From IMG/VR virus record IMGVR_UViG_3300034200_001961: a stretch of 64,000 nucleotides of DNA; one strand, given 5' to 3'. This DNA is from an uncultured virus (IMG/VR IMGVR_UViG_3300034200_001961). Its lineage: Duplodnaviria > Heunggongvirae > Uroviricota > Caudoviricetes. Made by a program: the position numbers and the translations under genes. This document shows, piece by piece, positions 46,436 to 56,268 of this stretch (within the stretch, counting starts at the first letter, position 1; each line of letters opens with the position of its first letter). The notes below the pieces were generated by a model that was not told where the DNA came from, searched no databases, and saw only the letters and a list, made by a program, of their open reading frames with translations.

Positions 46436-47009
46436 AGCGATCAAGCGGATCTACAGCGCTGCGATCAACCTCACCGCGCTCGACGCAGAGATCGGCAGCA
46501 TTGCCGAGATGCTCTCCGACGAGGACCCCGAGGTCGTCGCCCAAGCCACGGCCGATCTTGAGATCCTGCTGGCCGGCCAGGAGGACTCTCAGCTCACCCT
46601 GATCGACCGTTGCGATACCGCCCTCTGCATCGCCGATGTCTTGATCGGTCAGGCTGCCATGCGCCGGGCCCAATCCAAGCGCCTTCAGGCCCTGGCTCAG
46701 GCCGACGAAACTCTGATTGAACGCCTCCAGACCGTTTCCATCAAGCTCCTGCGCCTGGCCCACCCGGACAAGAACAGCATCTCGCTGCCCATGCACGAGC
46801 TGAAGTCGCGCAAATCCCAGGCAGTCATCGTCAACGAGGACATCACCTCGGATGACTACGTCGACCCCGAAAAGCTCCCCGAAAACCTGCGGCGCGTCAC
46901 TTACGCCCCCGACAAGACCGCCATCAAGGACTTCCTCAAAGCCGGTGGCGTCTACAAGGGCCTGGCGCTGGAGAATCGCCGCAGCTGGAGCATCGACGGC
47001 GCAAAGTGA
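46356..47009 (+). CDS. Siphovirus Gp157-family protein
   Basis: Coiled coil then LKSRKSQAVIV...LPENLRRVTYAPDKTAIKDFLKAG. Confidence 0.8.
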   Translation: MSTNSEPATPTSLPTGSSRPDPTQGREAIKRIYSAAINLTALDAEIGSIAEMLSDEDPEVVAQATADLEILLAGQEDSQLTLIDRCDTALCIADVLIGQAAMRRAQSKRLQALAQADETLIERLQTVSIKLLRLAHPDKNSISLPMHELKSRKSQAVIVNEDITSDDYVDPEKLPENLRRVTYAPDKTAIKDFLKAGGVYKGLALENRRSWSIDGAK

Positions 47010-47229
47010 GCGTAATTATCTATCGAGCCCTGACAGCTCGATCTCCTGACATTTACTCGGACCCCGTGATCGCCCCCTTTGCTTCCCTCGCTGCAGTCGC
47101 CCTCGTCGCTCTCGTTCTATTCCTTGCCAGCGCCGCCCGGGACGCCATCCTTAGACGCCGCCAGCGCGCTGACATGCGCCGCAGGCAGGCTGCTTTTTAC
47201 CAGAATTGCCGTCCTCCCGGCCGCTAGCC

Positions 47230-47649
47230 ATGCCCGCCCACTCCTGGGCGGACCGACCTCCTGACTTCCTGCTCAGCCGGACGCCCGCCAAGCGGTGCTT
47301 GCTGACCCCGTTCAGCTCGCAGGCCGCCTGGTTCCTGCCCTCCCTGGATCCGGGGCGCGCCCTGCCCCGCCTCGGACAAGCGCTCTACCTGGGCCCAGCC
47401 GATGCCGGCGCCATGGTCCAGCTGCTGCAGGACTCTGGCTTCACACTGCGGGCCTGGTCGCCATCTGTGGCGAGCGGGCCCGCAGTGCCAGATGGCTTCG
47501 TTCCGTCCCTGCCCACACCCGCCAAGAAGAGCATCCCGCTCTCCTGGCCATACGACCTCAGTCGCATGAGCGAGAGACAAAGCCTCGTTCTGCATTCGCT
47601 TTTGAGCCTCCCGCCTGGTGGCGGTACCCACACGATTTTCCTCCAATGA
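47230..47649 (+). CDS. Hypothetical protein
   Basis: 139-aa ORF coupled to the next gene. Confidence 0.45.
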   Translation: MPAHSWADRPPDFLLSRTPAKRCLLTPFSSQAAWFLPSLDPGRALPRLGQALYLGPADAGAMVQLLQDSGFTLRAWSPSVASGPAVPDGFVPSLPTPAKKSIPLSWPYDLSRMSERQSLVLHSLLSLPPGGGTHTIFLQ

Positions 47650-47873
47650 AGAATAACGACTCCAGCGCAATTCCCCCTGAGATGGAATCCGCTCCGCCGA
47701 CCTGCTTCCTGGTCGCGGTCGAGGAAGACCTCTATCAACGTTTCAGGATCTATGTCACCGAGAACGACGTCTCTGACCGTTTGCTGGCAAGGCGCTTACT
47801 GAATAACGCCTTGCGCGAGTTTCTTGACAATCACGCTCCAATCCAATACCCGATTAGCCCGCTGGAGGCGTGA
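47646..47873 (+). CDS. Putative ribbon-helix-helix DNA-binding protein
   Basis: FLVAVEEDLYQRFRIYV...RRLLNNALREFLD fits the strand-helix-helix pattern. Confidence 0.5.
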   Translation: MKNNDSSAIPPEMESAPPTCFLVAVEEDLYQRFRIYVTENDVSDRLLARRLLNNALREFLDNHAPIQYPISPLEA

Positions 47874-47876
47874 GCT

Positions 47877-48185
47877 ATGGATCGCTACTACCGGGACGCT
47901 TTCGAGGCGCTGAAAGCCCTTGTCGCCAATTCCAAATGCCCTGATTTCACTTTTGAGCGCCTAGTCATCAAACTCGCCCCGCTCCCCGAGGCTCTCGACC
48001 TGGCCGACAAGCACGGCTTCTGGTCTGACCACCCGCCACTCGAGTCGGGCCGCAGCATCAGCGCCGAAGACTGGGCTTGCGAGGTCGGCGCCGGCAATAC
48101 ACGCCTCGGCTACTGGGACTGGGTCTGCGGCCAGCTGGACCTGGACCAGGAGGAGTCCGAGTCAGACCAGGCAGAGGCCGGCTGA
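47877..48185 (+). CDS. Hypothetical acidic protein
   Basis: EDWACEVGAGNTRLGYWDWV pattern, acidic tail. Confidence 0.6.
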   Translation: MDRYYRDAFEALKALVANSKCPDFTFERLVIKLAPLPEALDLADKHGFWSDHPPLESGRSISAEDWACEVGAGNTRLGYWDWVCGQLDLDQEESESDQAEAG

Positions 48186-48225
48186 TTAGCGAGCAGTTGC
48201 TCTGTGCATTTTTCTTGGATCCCCA

Positions 48226-48846
48226 ATGCAACCACAGCTTTCTGACGCTCCGGCAGCGATTGCGCCCGAGCCCGAGTCCCTGATCGCGCCACCCCAGGCG
48301 CGCTTTGGGATCACCACTCGCCCTGCTCCGCCCGAGACCATCCGCATCGGGGTTACCAGCACCGGTGAGTGGTATGTCTACGGCTCCGACGCCGGAGCCA
48401 AGGACCGCAAACCGGTCGAGGCCTTGGCCACTCCCCGCATCCTCGACATCACCGTGGCCAGCCGCGGCACGGGATCCAGGTTCGGGCTCAGGCCTTACCT
48501 GGACGTCACCATGGCCGGTCCGGTGCCAGCCATCCGCTACGTGCTTTCACTGCCGTGCGGCCACCGGCCCACGCCCCACTCCGTCCGCAGCCTCCTGGGC
48601 TGCTTGCTCACCCTCGATCTGTCCGACACCGGGGTGATGCTGGTGCCGACTCGCGGTACCAGCGCAGCTTTCGTGAACGTCTATCTCGATCCAGAAGGCC
48701 AGCAGCAGGTCCGCGCTGAGCGCATCGGCCCGGACGAGTGCGATCTGCAACAGGCAGTTGACACCTGCCGCGGCAAGCTGGGGCTCCCGCCGCAGTTCGC
48801 CCTGGCTGGCGCGGCCGTTCAACCTTCCCTCGATCTAACCCCATGA
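48226..48846 (+). CDS. Hypothetical protein
   Basis: 206 aa preceded by GTGCATTTTT. Confidence 0.6.
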   Translation: MQPQLSDAPAAIAPEPESLIAPPQARFGITTRPAPPETIRIGVTSTGEWYVYGSDAGAKDRKPVEALATPRILDITVASRGTGSRFGLRPYLDVTMAGPVPAIRYVLSLPCGHRPTPHSVRSLLGCLLTLDLSDTGVMLVPTRGTSAAFVNVYLDPEGQQQVRAERIGPDECDLQQAVDTCRGKLGLPPQFALAGAAVQPSLDLTP

Positions 48847-49439
48847 GCGACACGCCCAGCGACCAAGTCCCTGATTCGGTCAGCACCGAGGCCCTCTTCG
48901 CTGCTCTCGGCAGGGGCTTCCCCGATCCCACTGCTCTCCAGACATTCCACTTCGGGGACACGTCACGGCACGAGGGGCTCGACGACCTTGTTGTGCTGCT
49001 GACCTTGATCTTCTCCCAGAAAGATCCCCGCCCCGGCCCAAGCGTTGTTCAGACAATTGGCGCCATCGCCTACATCTCCGATCTACTTAGCAGAAAGATT
49101 CGTGAGGCCACCAGCGCCAGCCTTCAGGCCCTAGAGCAGGACTTCGAGCGGGTCGGAAACAGCGACCCAGGCCGAGTCCGAGAAGCTCGAATGGTCCTTG
49201 CTGCCTTAAACGAAGACGCTCGTTTAACTTTTGCCACGCTCGACAAGCTCCGCTCTGCCGCTTTCGAGCTTCAAGGCAAAGCCCGGCAAGGAGCAACCAT
49301 TGTCGAAATGGTTCAAACCAGGGGCAAGTCGCCCGACCTCTACAGGCGCCAGCGCTTTGTCTCTGATCAGTTCCTTGATTCGGTCGGCATCGACCGCAAG
49401 GCCTTCGACTCCTACCTCAAGAACCGCACCGGTTCCTGA
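48843..49439 (+). CDS. Hypothetical helical protein
   Basis: 198 aa, ATGA-coupled. Confidence 0.6.
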   Translation: MSDTPSDQVPDSVSTEALFAALGRGFPDPTALQTFHFGDTSRHEGLDDLVVLLTLIFSQKDPRPGPSVVQTIGAIAYISDLLSRKIREATSASLQALEQDFERVGNSDPGRVREARMVLAALNEDARLTFATLDKLRSAAFELQGKARQGATIVEMVQTRGKSPDLYRRQRFVSDQFLDSVGIDRKAFDSYLKNRTGS

Positions 49440-49479
49440 GCAGCGCTACTTCTCTGTTTCTTCTCATCCCCTCAACACC

Positions 49480-50487
49480 ATGTCCTCTGAGTTCACTTCC
49501 GGCACATTCGCACAAGTCGGCGCCTGGCACGGCGGCGGCAGCATAATCACCGACGAGGCGCAGCTGAGTGCCGACTACTTCTTCAACGACGCCAACGCCT
49601 TGTTCCCTGTTGAGCCACTTGAGCTGTGGGGCGGCAGTCCCTCCGCTCCACAGGACATGGTCCCCCTCAAGGGCAAGACCAAGGCCATCTGGCGGCCCGA
49701 TAAAAAGCACGTCTTGGGCACCGTCAGCCCTGGCTACGAAGTCATCCCCAACTCCATGCTGCTGGACTTCGCCAAGCGCATCGAATCTGAGGCCACCATC
49801 GACGCGGTCGTTGTCCTGCGCGAGGGCGCCAAGGTCGCCTTCACCGCCAAGCTGCGCGATCTTGAAGGCGCTGTCGTTCCTGACGACACCGTCAAGCGCT
49901 ATGTCGTCGGCTATTTAGGCCATGACGGGAGCGTCGGCTTTGGCGGGATGTTTTCTAATACCCGCGTGGTTTGCAACAACACCCTCCAAGGCGCACTTCA
50001 CCGCGACGGCCAGGCCGGATCAGGCCAATTCTCGATTGCTCACAACGCCTTTGAGATCGCTCAGATCGACAAAGTCTTGGAGCAAATCGACTTTGCTCGC
50101 CAGTCCTTCCCTGAGACGATTTCGCTCTACCAGGCGATGCAGCAGACGGCAGTTGACGACCTGGGCTTCCGTAACTTCATCAACGCCGCCTACCAACCCA
50201 AGCCCGTCGAGACCGCCAGCGGCGGAGTTCGCTCTGGCGACGTCCTGCTCGACATGCCCAGCAAGGCCGACGCCCTGATGGCTGCCTGGCAGCACGGCGT
50301 CGGCATGGACATTCCCGGCGTGGCCGGTACCGCCTGGGCTGCGTTCAACGCCGTGACTCAGGTCGAGGGGCGCATTCCGCCCCACGCTGCCAACAACAAG
50401 CGCCGCTTCCACAGCGCCTACTTCGGTGGCGGACGGACGATCATTCGCCGCGCCGAGCAGGCCGCCCGGGCCCTGGCCGGGGTCTGA
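49480..50487 (+). CDS. DUF932 / LGT_TIGR03299-family protein
   Basis: AWHG, LGTVSPGYEVIPN, HDGS, RVVCNNTL, GTAWAAFNAVTQ motifs. Confidence 0.88.
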   Translation: MSSEFTSGTFAQVGAWHGGGSIITDEAQLSADYFFNDANALFPVEPLELWGGSPSAPQDMVPLKGKTKAIWRPDKKHVLGTVSPGYEVIPNSMLLDFAKRIESEATIDAVVVLREGAKVAFTAKLRDLEGAVVPDDTVKRYVVGYLGHDGSVGFGGMFSNTRVVCNNTLQGALHRDGQAGSGQFSIAHNAFEIAQIDKVLEQIDFARQSFPETISLYQAMQQTAVDDLGFRNFINAAYQPKPVETASGGVRSGDVLLDMPSKADALMAAWQHGVGMDIPGVAGTAWAAFNAVTQVEGRIPPHAANNKRRFHSAYFGGGRTIIRRAEQAARALAGV

Positions 50488-50541
50488 TCTCTAGCGCCTT
50501 GCCCACCCTCACGGCCTCGCAATCGCGGGGCCTCTTCCCTT

Positions 50542-50700
50542 ATGTCCAGCTTCGGTGACTTCCTGGACGACCAGGACCTCCGGCGCGAGCGCCGCGAAGA
50601 ACTCGATGACGACGATCTTGACGAAGCCGACGCTCAGGCCTGCTGGGCTCGCGACGTCCAGGCCGAGGTCGCGCGGCTGACCAACCGCCAGCCGCTCTGA
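50542..50700 (+). CDS. Small acidic protein
   Basis: Not in the ORF track: MSSFGDFLDDQDLRRERREELDDDDLDEADAQ..., 52 aa, TGATG-coupled to the next gene. Confidence 0.6.
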   Translation: MSSFGDFLDDQDLRRERREELDDDDLDEADAQACWARDVQAEVARLTNRQPL

Positions 50701-51011
50701 TGTCCAGCTATGCCTTCCAGTTGCACCTCGGCAACCAATGGCTCACCGTTGCCACAGGCTCCAAGGACTACTGCCTGGGCTACTTCCAAGCCAGACTTGC
50801 CTACTCCCCTCGGCTGGCTCAGCGAGTCCTCCATCGCCCCAATCAGGGGCCGTCCAAGGTGACCGTCGAGAGCCCAGCAGTGGAGGAGGTTCACATCGGT
50901 CAGATGGCCGGCTTCCCTTCTGCTGAGCAGTACGAAGCTGCAGCTGCCAAGGCGCTGGCCGCGGCTCAGCACATTCGATCGAGAAGCAGCACCTTGAGCC
51001 GCAGCGACTAA
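50700..51011 (+). CDS. Hypothetical protein
   Basis: 103 aa, coupled. Confidence 0.6.
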   Translation: MSSYAFQLHLGNQWLTVATGSKDYCLGYFQARLAYSPRLAQRVLHRPNQGPSKVTVESPAVEEVHIGQMAGFPSAEQYEAAAAKALAAAQHIRSRSSTLSRSD

Positions 51012-51253
51012 TGCCCATCTTCAAGGATCCCAAAGCCATCGCTCTCTGCGATCAAATCCGCCCGGTCCTTCCTGACCGCCCGCCCGGATGGATCTGCTGC
51101 CCTCATCACACGCGCCGCCACATCCAGATCGGCCACAAGACCTATGGGACCGATCCCGCGATCACCGGCCAGGTGGACGCCCTGGCTCACGCAATTGAGC
51201 GCCTTGATCTCACCCGCGGCCTCGGCTACACCGTCGTCATCGTCAGCCGCTGA
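51011..51253 (+). CDS. Small hypothetical protein
   Basis: 80 aa, TAATG-coupled. Confidence 0.55.
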   Translation: MPIFKDPKAIALCDQIRPVLPDRPPGWICCPHHTRRHIQIGHKTYGTDPAITGQVDALAHAIERLDLTRGLGYTVVIVSR

Positions 51254-51286
51254 AGTTCTCATTCCACATTCCATCGCACGCAACCC

Positions 51287-52618
51287 ATGGCGAAATTCCA
51301 GCTCACGATCTGTGCCGACTACGTCAAGGACTGGGGCCTCCACGAGGGGGTCCGCGAGGCCATTCAGAACGCCCTCGACGGTCAACAGGATGGCTGCCCC
51401 ATGACCATCCGCCACAGCGCGTCTTCCGACTCGCTGATCATCGAGAACCAGGGCGCACGACTTGATCGCTCTGTCTGGCTGCTGGGCAACAGCAGCAAGA
51501 GCGCCGGCGCCCACCGCGGACTTTTTGGCGAGGGCCTGAAACTGGGCACCCTCGCCCTGGTTCGCGCCGGGCACAGCGTCGCCTTCGTTAATGACGACGA
51601 AAACTGGGCCCCAGCCCTCGCTGACTCCGAGGCCTTCCCCGGCCAGCAGGTGCTCACTATCAGCACCCGCGCCCGCAGCGCCACCGGCAAGTTCTCTGTC
51701 CTCATCGGCGGCATCGATGCCGACCGGTGGGGCGAGATTCGCTCCAACTTCTTGGACCTCAATCCTGACTACGTCAAGACCGAGGTCCGCAGCAGTGTCG
51801 AGCGCCTGGAGCATCCCAGCTTCATCGAGAAGCTTTTCGTCAAGGGCATTGCTGTCGACTCTTGGCCAGGCCTGCAGTACGGCTACAACTTCACCAACGT
51901 CACCACCGACCGCGACCGGCGGATGGTTTCCCAGTTCGCGGTCGAAGGCGCCTTGAGCAATTACTGGTCCTCTGCCACTCGCGACCCTGAAGAGTTGCCT
52001 TTGCTGATCAAGCTGCTCAAAGCCAACGCCCGCGACGTCAAAGGTGTCCACAATTACATCTTCGGCATCGAGGGAGAGATCCTGCGCAAGGATTTCCTCG
52101 CCACTTACGGCGAGAAGGCCTGGCCCGTTTCTTGCGACGCCGAGTATGACGACGTCACCCACTGGGGCCTCGTTCCTGTTCTGGTCCCCGAGGCCTATCT
52201 TAAGGCTTTAGAGGCTGGCGGCATGACGATCGCGGCGGCGCGCGAAGCTCACCGCACGGCGGTTCTGACCACCATCCCTCTCGATGAGCTGCGTTCCGTC
52301 GAGCGCTCCATCTTTGACGAGGCCATGGAGCTGGTGGTCGCCAGCGCGGGCCGCAAGGGGCTGCCCAGCCCCCGCCTGATCGCTCGGGTGGTGCAGTTTT
52401 CCGACCCCGCCACCATGGGCATGTACGTCAACGAAAACGGCAAGACCAGTATCCTGCTGGCTCGCTCGATCCTGACCAGTCTCGAGATGACTATCCAGAC
52501 CCTGGTGCATGAGACCGCCCACTTCGTTGCCCGCGACGGCCACGTAATGCACGAGCGCACCGAAGGCGAGATCTTCTCGGACATGGTCTGCCGGCTGTTG
52601 CATTCGGTTGCACGCTGA
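51287..52618 (+). CDS. GHKL-type ATPase fused to a C-terminal HEXXH metallopeptidase-like domain
   Basis: N-box REAIQNALD, IENQG, G-box GLFGEGLKLG; C-terminal TLVHETAH...H. Confidence 0.8.
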   Translation: MAKFQLTICADYVKDWGLHEGVREAIQNALDGQQDGCPMTIRHSASSDSLIIENQGARLDRSVWLLGNSSKSAGAHRGLFGEGLKLGTLALVRAGHSVAFVNDDENWAPALADSEAFPGQQVLTISTRARSATGKFSVLIGGIDADRWGEIRSNFLDLNPDYVKTEVRSSVERLEHPSFIEKLFVKGIAVDSWPGLQYGYNFTNVTTDRDRRMVSQFAVEGALSNYWSSATRDPEELPLLIKLLKANARDVKGVHNYIFGIEGEILRKDFLATYGEKAWPVSCDAEYDDVTHWGLVPVLVPEAYLKALEAGGMTIAAAREAHRTAVLTTIPLDELRSVERSIFDEAMELVVASAGRKGLPSPRLIARVVQFSDPATMGMYVNENGKTSILLARSILTSLEMTIQTLVHETAHFVARDGHVMHERTEGEIFSDMVCRLLHSVAR

Positions 52619-52671
52619 TGGCGGGCGCCGCCGCTTCAAGCGGGGCCCTCTTTCTCTTTTGTTTTATCCCC

Positions 52672-53061
52672 ATGCCTGACACTTCTGACGATCTGATCAC
52701 GATCCGCGAGGGAGACCTCGTCGAGTCCCTGACCATGGCGATGCACGCCGAACACCTCGACGACGAGACCTGCAACAGCGTGATTGCAACGCTGCTTGAT
52801 GCGATTACGAACAATGAGCAGGCTTCACCTGCAATAGCTGCCAAGCCGACGACAGAGCTAGAACCTGAAGGCAACGATCTTCCGCCGTGGCCCATTGGAA
52901 CGGTCGTTAGAGACGTGGAAACAGGCTATCGCATTGTTCTAACGCATCCTCTTTTGCGTAGTGACGCATACGAATTTGTATGCGAAAAGGCGCATGGAGA
53001 AAAGCCGTATCCCGACTATTCCTATCTTTGCAACAGCAGTTACTGCCGATGTCGGAGTTAA
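52672..53061 (+). CDS. Hypothetical protein
   Basis: 129 aa; 3' half visibly lower in GC. Confidence 0.5.
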   Translation: MPDTSDDLITIREGDLVESLTMAMHAEHLDDETCNSVIATLLDAITNNEQASPAIAAKPTTELEPEGNDLPPWPIGTVVRDVETGYRIVLTHPLLRSDAYEFVCEKAHGEKPYPDYSYLCNSSYCRCRS

Positions 53062-53075
53062 TTAACGAACAACAC

Positions 53076-53411
53076 ATGAACGCAAGCGAACCACACACCG
53101 TCTCCCCGGGCTGGCCGCTGGCCTTGCTTGTAGCCTGCCCCCTCTGCAAGCGCCCCCGCGGCGAATCCTGTCGCAACTCCCGTGGCAAGGACCGCTGGAA
53201 GCCCCACTTGAGACGCTCTAAAGCCGCCCTTGCCCTGCCACCGGGCGAGGGCCCGCGCCGTAACGACAAGGGCAACCCCCTGCAGGTGTACCGCGCCAGG
53301 CAGGCCGCTGACTGGGGCACGAACGCCCTTGGTTGGGCCGCCCCCGACGGCACCAACGAAGACGACTGGGCCGCCTCCGGGCGGCCATTCCCTGAAGAGA
53401 GCTGGCCATGA
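53076..53411 (+). CDS. Putative zinc-finger protein
   Basis: ACPLCKRPRGESC...PH. Confidence 0.5.
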   Translation: MNASEPHTVSPGWPLALLVACPLCKRPRGESCRNSRGKDRWKPHLRRSKAALALPPGEGPRRNDKGNPLQVYRARQAADWGTNALGWAAPDGTNEDDWAASGRPFPEESWP

Positions 53412-53752
53412 GCATCATCCGCCACACCGACGCCGAAGTCCTCCAAGAGATCGCCACAATTATCTGGCCTCCATCCAACCCCAACCGGGAGTGGAGTGCG
53501 GACACCCTTCAAGAGGTGGCCGACACCCTGCTGCTCCTGCGGCCCGAGCTTGAGCCCTGGCGCTTCAGCTGCTTAGTCGATCACGGCTGGGTGGAGAACG
53601 CGCTCGACTGCGCTGAGCGTCGCTCCGATGCGGCCTTGAGCGCCTATCTTTTTTCCAGCGACGGGAGTGAATGCGCTTATGAACCCGTGGAAGCTGCAGA
53701 GTCCATTGTCGACGCCCTGACCCGCCTTCTTGAGAGCGAATCTGATGACTGA
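53408..53752 (+). CDS. Hypothetical protein
   Basis: 114 aa, EWSADTLQEVA pattern, coupled. Confidence 0.6.
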   Translation: MSIIRHTDAEVLQEIATIIWPPSNPNREWSADTLQEVADTLLLLRPELEPWRFSCLVDHGWVENALDCAERRSDAALSAYLFSSDGSECAYEPVEAAESIVDALTRLLESESDD

Positions 53753-54146
53753 GCCCACACCGGTCCAAGACGACCGCTACCTCGAAGCCGCTCGCGCCAA
53801 GTACATGGGCGATTCCGACATCGAGGTGGTTGACGTTGACGACACCGACGTCATTGACGGCGCCTGGGTCAATGCCCGGATCTTCGTGCGTGACGATGAG
53901 GTCGAGTCTGCCCCGGGCCCGACTTACGACGTCTGGATCGGGGAGCAGGAAGGGATGTGGTCCCTCACTGGCCGTCCCTGGGTCTGGGTCTGCGACCAGT
54001 CCTTCTCTTGCGACGACGACCCCGATGGCAAAGGCGCACGCCGCAGTGCACACCAGTACGCCCGCGCACTGCGCAACATCTTCCCCTGCGCCGTCGTGGC
54101 GGTCAGGCCCAGCGGCAAGGCTCCGCTGCCGATCAAGCATTCTTGA
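53745..54146 (+). CDS. Hypothetical protein
   Basis: 133 aa; DGAWVNARIFV echoes GAWVRAWVW in 40803..41288. Confidence 0.6.
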   Translation: MTEPTPVQDDRYLEAARAKYMGDSDIEVVDVDDTDVIDGAWVNARIFVRDDEVESAPGPTYDVWIGEQEGMWSLTGRPWVWVCDQSFSCDDDPDGKGARRSAHQYARALRNIFPCAVVAVRPSGKAPLPIKHS

Positions 54147-54172
54147 ATGATTTCCTCTCAGAACCTCCCCTC

Positions 54173-54844
54173 ATGCCTGAAGAACCTCTTCTTTTCTGGC
54201 TCGTCAGCGGCCGCATTCCCTACGACGATGACGACACCCTCTACGCAACGCCAGGGCGGTGCACCAAGGCGAAAGCCGAGGAGGACTACCGCAGCGCCAT
54301 GATTTCCGCCGAGCTGGGATTCGACAGCGAGGAGGTCTTGCGGCGGGAGAGATTCGACAACATCACAGCCAATCAGCCGCTCACTGACGGCGTCATTGTC
54401 ACAGGGCTTGCATCGTCTAATTCGCCGATCACCTTGACAGACGGCTATGCCCTTCAGCCTTCCGTCTCTTCACGCCCCGCCAACCGAATCCCCGTGCCCG
54501 ACTATTACACCCCCGTCGAGAAACAACGCGCCTACCGCCGCGCAGCCAAGGCTCTTCGCGCTCTGGCGGCCGAGCTTGGGATTCCTCCCGAGAGCTACGA
54601 CATTCGCCACTGCTACGGAGGCCCTGGCGTCCCCGGTGAAGCTATCTTCCATGGCGACACTCTCTATATCACTTTGCCGCTCTTCCCGTCATCCGAAAAC
54701 ACCCAGGCCCACAAGGGTTTCTTCCGCTCCTGCCAAGGGCGAAAGGACTACACGGGCGGCAGGAACATCTGGTTCGAGGGGAATCCTGCCCCCTGCGCGG
54801 AAGAGATTCGCCGCGCTGTTCCGCAAGCTGTTTCCGCCCCATGA
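54173..54844 (+). CDS. Hypothetical protein
   Basis: GRIPYDDDD and RSCQGRKDYTGGRNIW phage-type motifs. Confidence 0.65.
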   Translation: MPEEPLLFWLVSGRIPYDDDDTLYATPGRCTKAKAEEDYRSAMISAELGFDSEEVLRRERFDNITANQPLTDGVIVTGLASSNSPITLTDGYALQPSVSSRPANRIPVPDYYTPVEKQRAYRRAAKALRALAAELGIPPESYDIRHCYGGPGVPGEAIFHGDTLYITLPLFPSSENTQAHKGFFRSCQGRKDYTGGRNIWFEGNPAPCAEEIRRAVPQAVSAP

Positions 54845-54861
54845 GCAGCCGGTGAATCTTA

Positions 54862-55737
54862 ATGTACAACCATTGGCGCACAGTCGAAGAGGTCGATGCC
54901 CAGGCGAAAGACTTGGGAGCGATCGTTAAGGTTGTCAATCGTGTAAAGATACCAGCCTGGAACTGCTCCGAAGGCCATCACTACAGGCTTCAACCTTGGT
55001 CTGACCACTACTTCAGCCAAGATAGACTAGAGATCGCCTACTGCATTCGTGATCTGCTAGTCGCAGGTCACGATCTACACATCCTTTCGCAACCCCGAAT
55101 CTGGGATGACTACTTCTTGTCCCTGGATACAAACATTCTCGTCAACCTGTCCCCCTCCCCTGGCCATTTAACCCGACCCATGGACAACCCCATCTACCTG
55201 CAGCGACGACTCAAGCTTGATCGCCCGACCCTGGACTACGACCTCATCGAGATTACCGAAGTGGCGGTCACCGTACTTGAGCGGCACCCCGAACTCAGTT
55301 TGATTACGGGCGTCGAGCTGATGCGCTACTGCTACCTCCAGGGTTGCCCCGAGAAGGGCAGACGGCTGCCGACCGTCAACCCCTACAGTCAAGGCAAGAA
55401 CAAGCGCGGCCACGTCAACAGCTATATCGTCGGGCCTAACTGGCTCAACGAATGGAACCACATCGATCAGATGTGCGAGCCAGCTCGCAGCAAGGGGTAC
55501 GCTCCCGAGCGGGAGTACGCCCGAAACATGGGCCACGCCATGGCCTACGACACTTGGAAGGATCCCGACGGCGGCCTCTGGTTCTGCAGCGAAGCCACCG
55601 AGAGGGAGGCTTCGTTCTCCCTGGACTCCTGGGTCCGCCAGCACAGGACCATCGCCCAGCCGCCACCGGTGGGCTGGACATTGTTCACTCGTCCCAACCA
55701 GCCATCGCCTACCGAGACGTCAACTCTGAAGGCCTGA
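54862..55737 (+). CDS. Hypothetical protein, possibly two fused genes (internal start near 55180)
   Basis: 291-aa ORF; composition changes at MDNPIYL. Confidence 0.55.
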   Translation: MYNHWRTVEEVDAQAKDLGAIVKVVNRVKIPAWNCSEGHHYRLQPWSDHYFSQDRLEIAYCIRDLLVAGHDLHILSQPRIWDDYFLSLDTNILVNLSPSPGHLTRPMDNPIYLQRRLKLDRPTLDYDLIEITEVAVTVLERHPELSLITGVELMRYCYLQGCPEKGRRLPTVNPYSQGKNKRGHVNSYIVGPNWLNEWNHIDQMCEPARSKGYAPEREYARNMGHAMAYDTWKDPDGGLWFCSEATEREASFSLDSWVRQHRTIAQPPPVGWTLFTRPNQPSPTETSTLKA

Positions 55738-55991
55738 CCTTTTCCGAATGGGTCCAGGCCGCCGGGCGCTTCAAGCCCGATCCGATGGGCGGCAATGATC
55801 GCAACTTTGAAGCCGACTGCGCTCCGTATTCCCGTTCTTCTCCCAGCGGCACGCGCACGTTTTTCCCCAAAACCCTGCGCGACGCCTGGCGCAACGGGGA
55901 AGACCCCACCGAACACCGCGCCGCTGCCCCTGGGCGGCGCTTTGATTGATCGCATCCTCCGTCCATCCCACCCAACCAGCACGATCCCGCC

Positions 55992-56189
55992 ATGAGCACC
56001 AACCCCATCGTCACCTGCCAGCACTGCCTTGCCACCCGCGACTGCACCCTGCATCCCCGGGCCAGCGTTCCGGTTGAAGCGGCCAAGCGCTGGCTGAAGG
56101 CCAAATGCCCAGGCCGCAAGACCATAGGAACCAAGTGCAGGTTCACCTATCAATGCGGCGTCGCGCTCTCCTTGCCTCCCCGCCAGTAG
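55992..56189 (+). CDS. Small Cys-rich protein
   Basis: 65 aa, CQHC plus further Cys residues. Confidence 0.5.
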   Translation: MSTNPIVTCQHCLATRDCTLHPRASVPVEAAKRWLKAKCPGRKTIGTKCRFTYQCGVALSLPPRQ

Positions 56190-56214
56190 GCTTGCGGCCC
56201 AGATCTGATCCCCT

Positions 56215-56251
56215 CCCCCGCCCTGCACGCCAGGCGCGGGGTTTTCTAGTG
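56215..56251 (+). terminator. Terminator-like hairpin resembling the array element
   Basis: ccccgccctg-cacgc-caggcgcgggg-ttttctagtg. Confidence 0.5.
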
Positions 56252-56268
56252 CCCCACATGCCCGCTTC

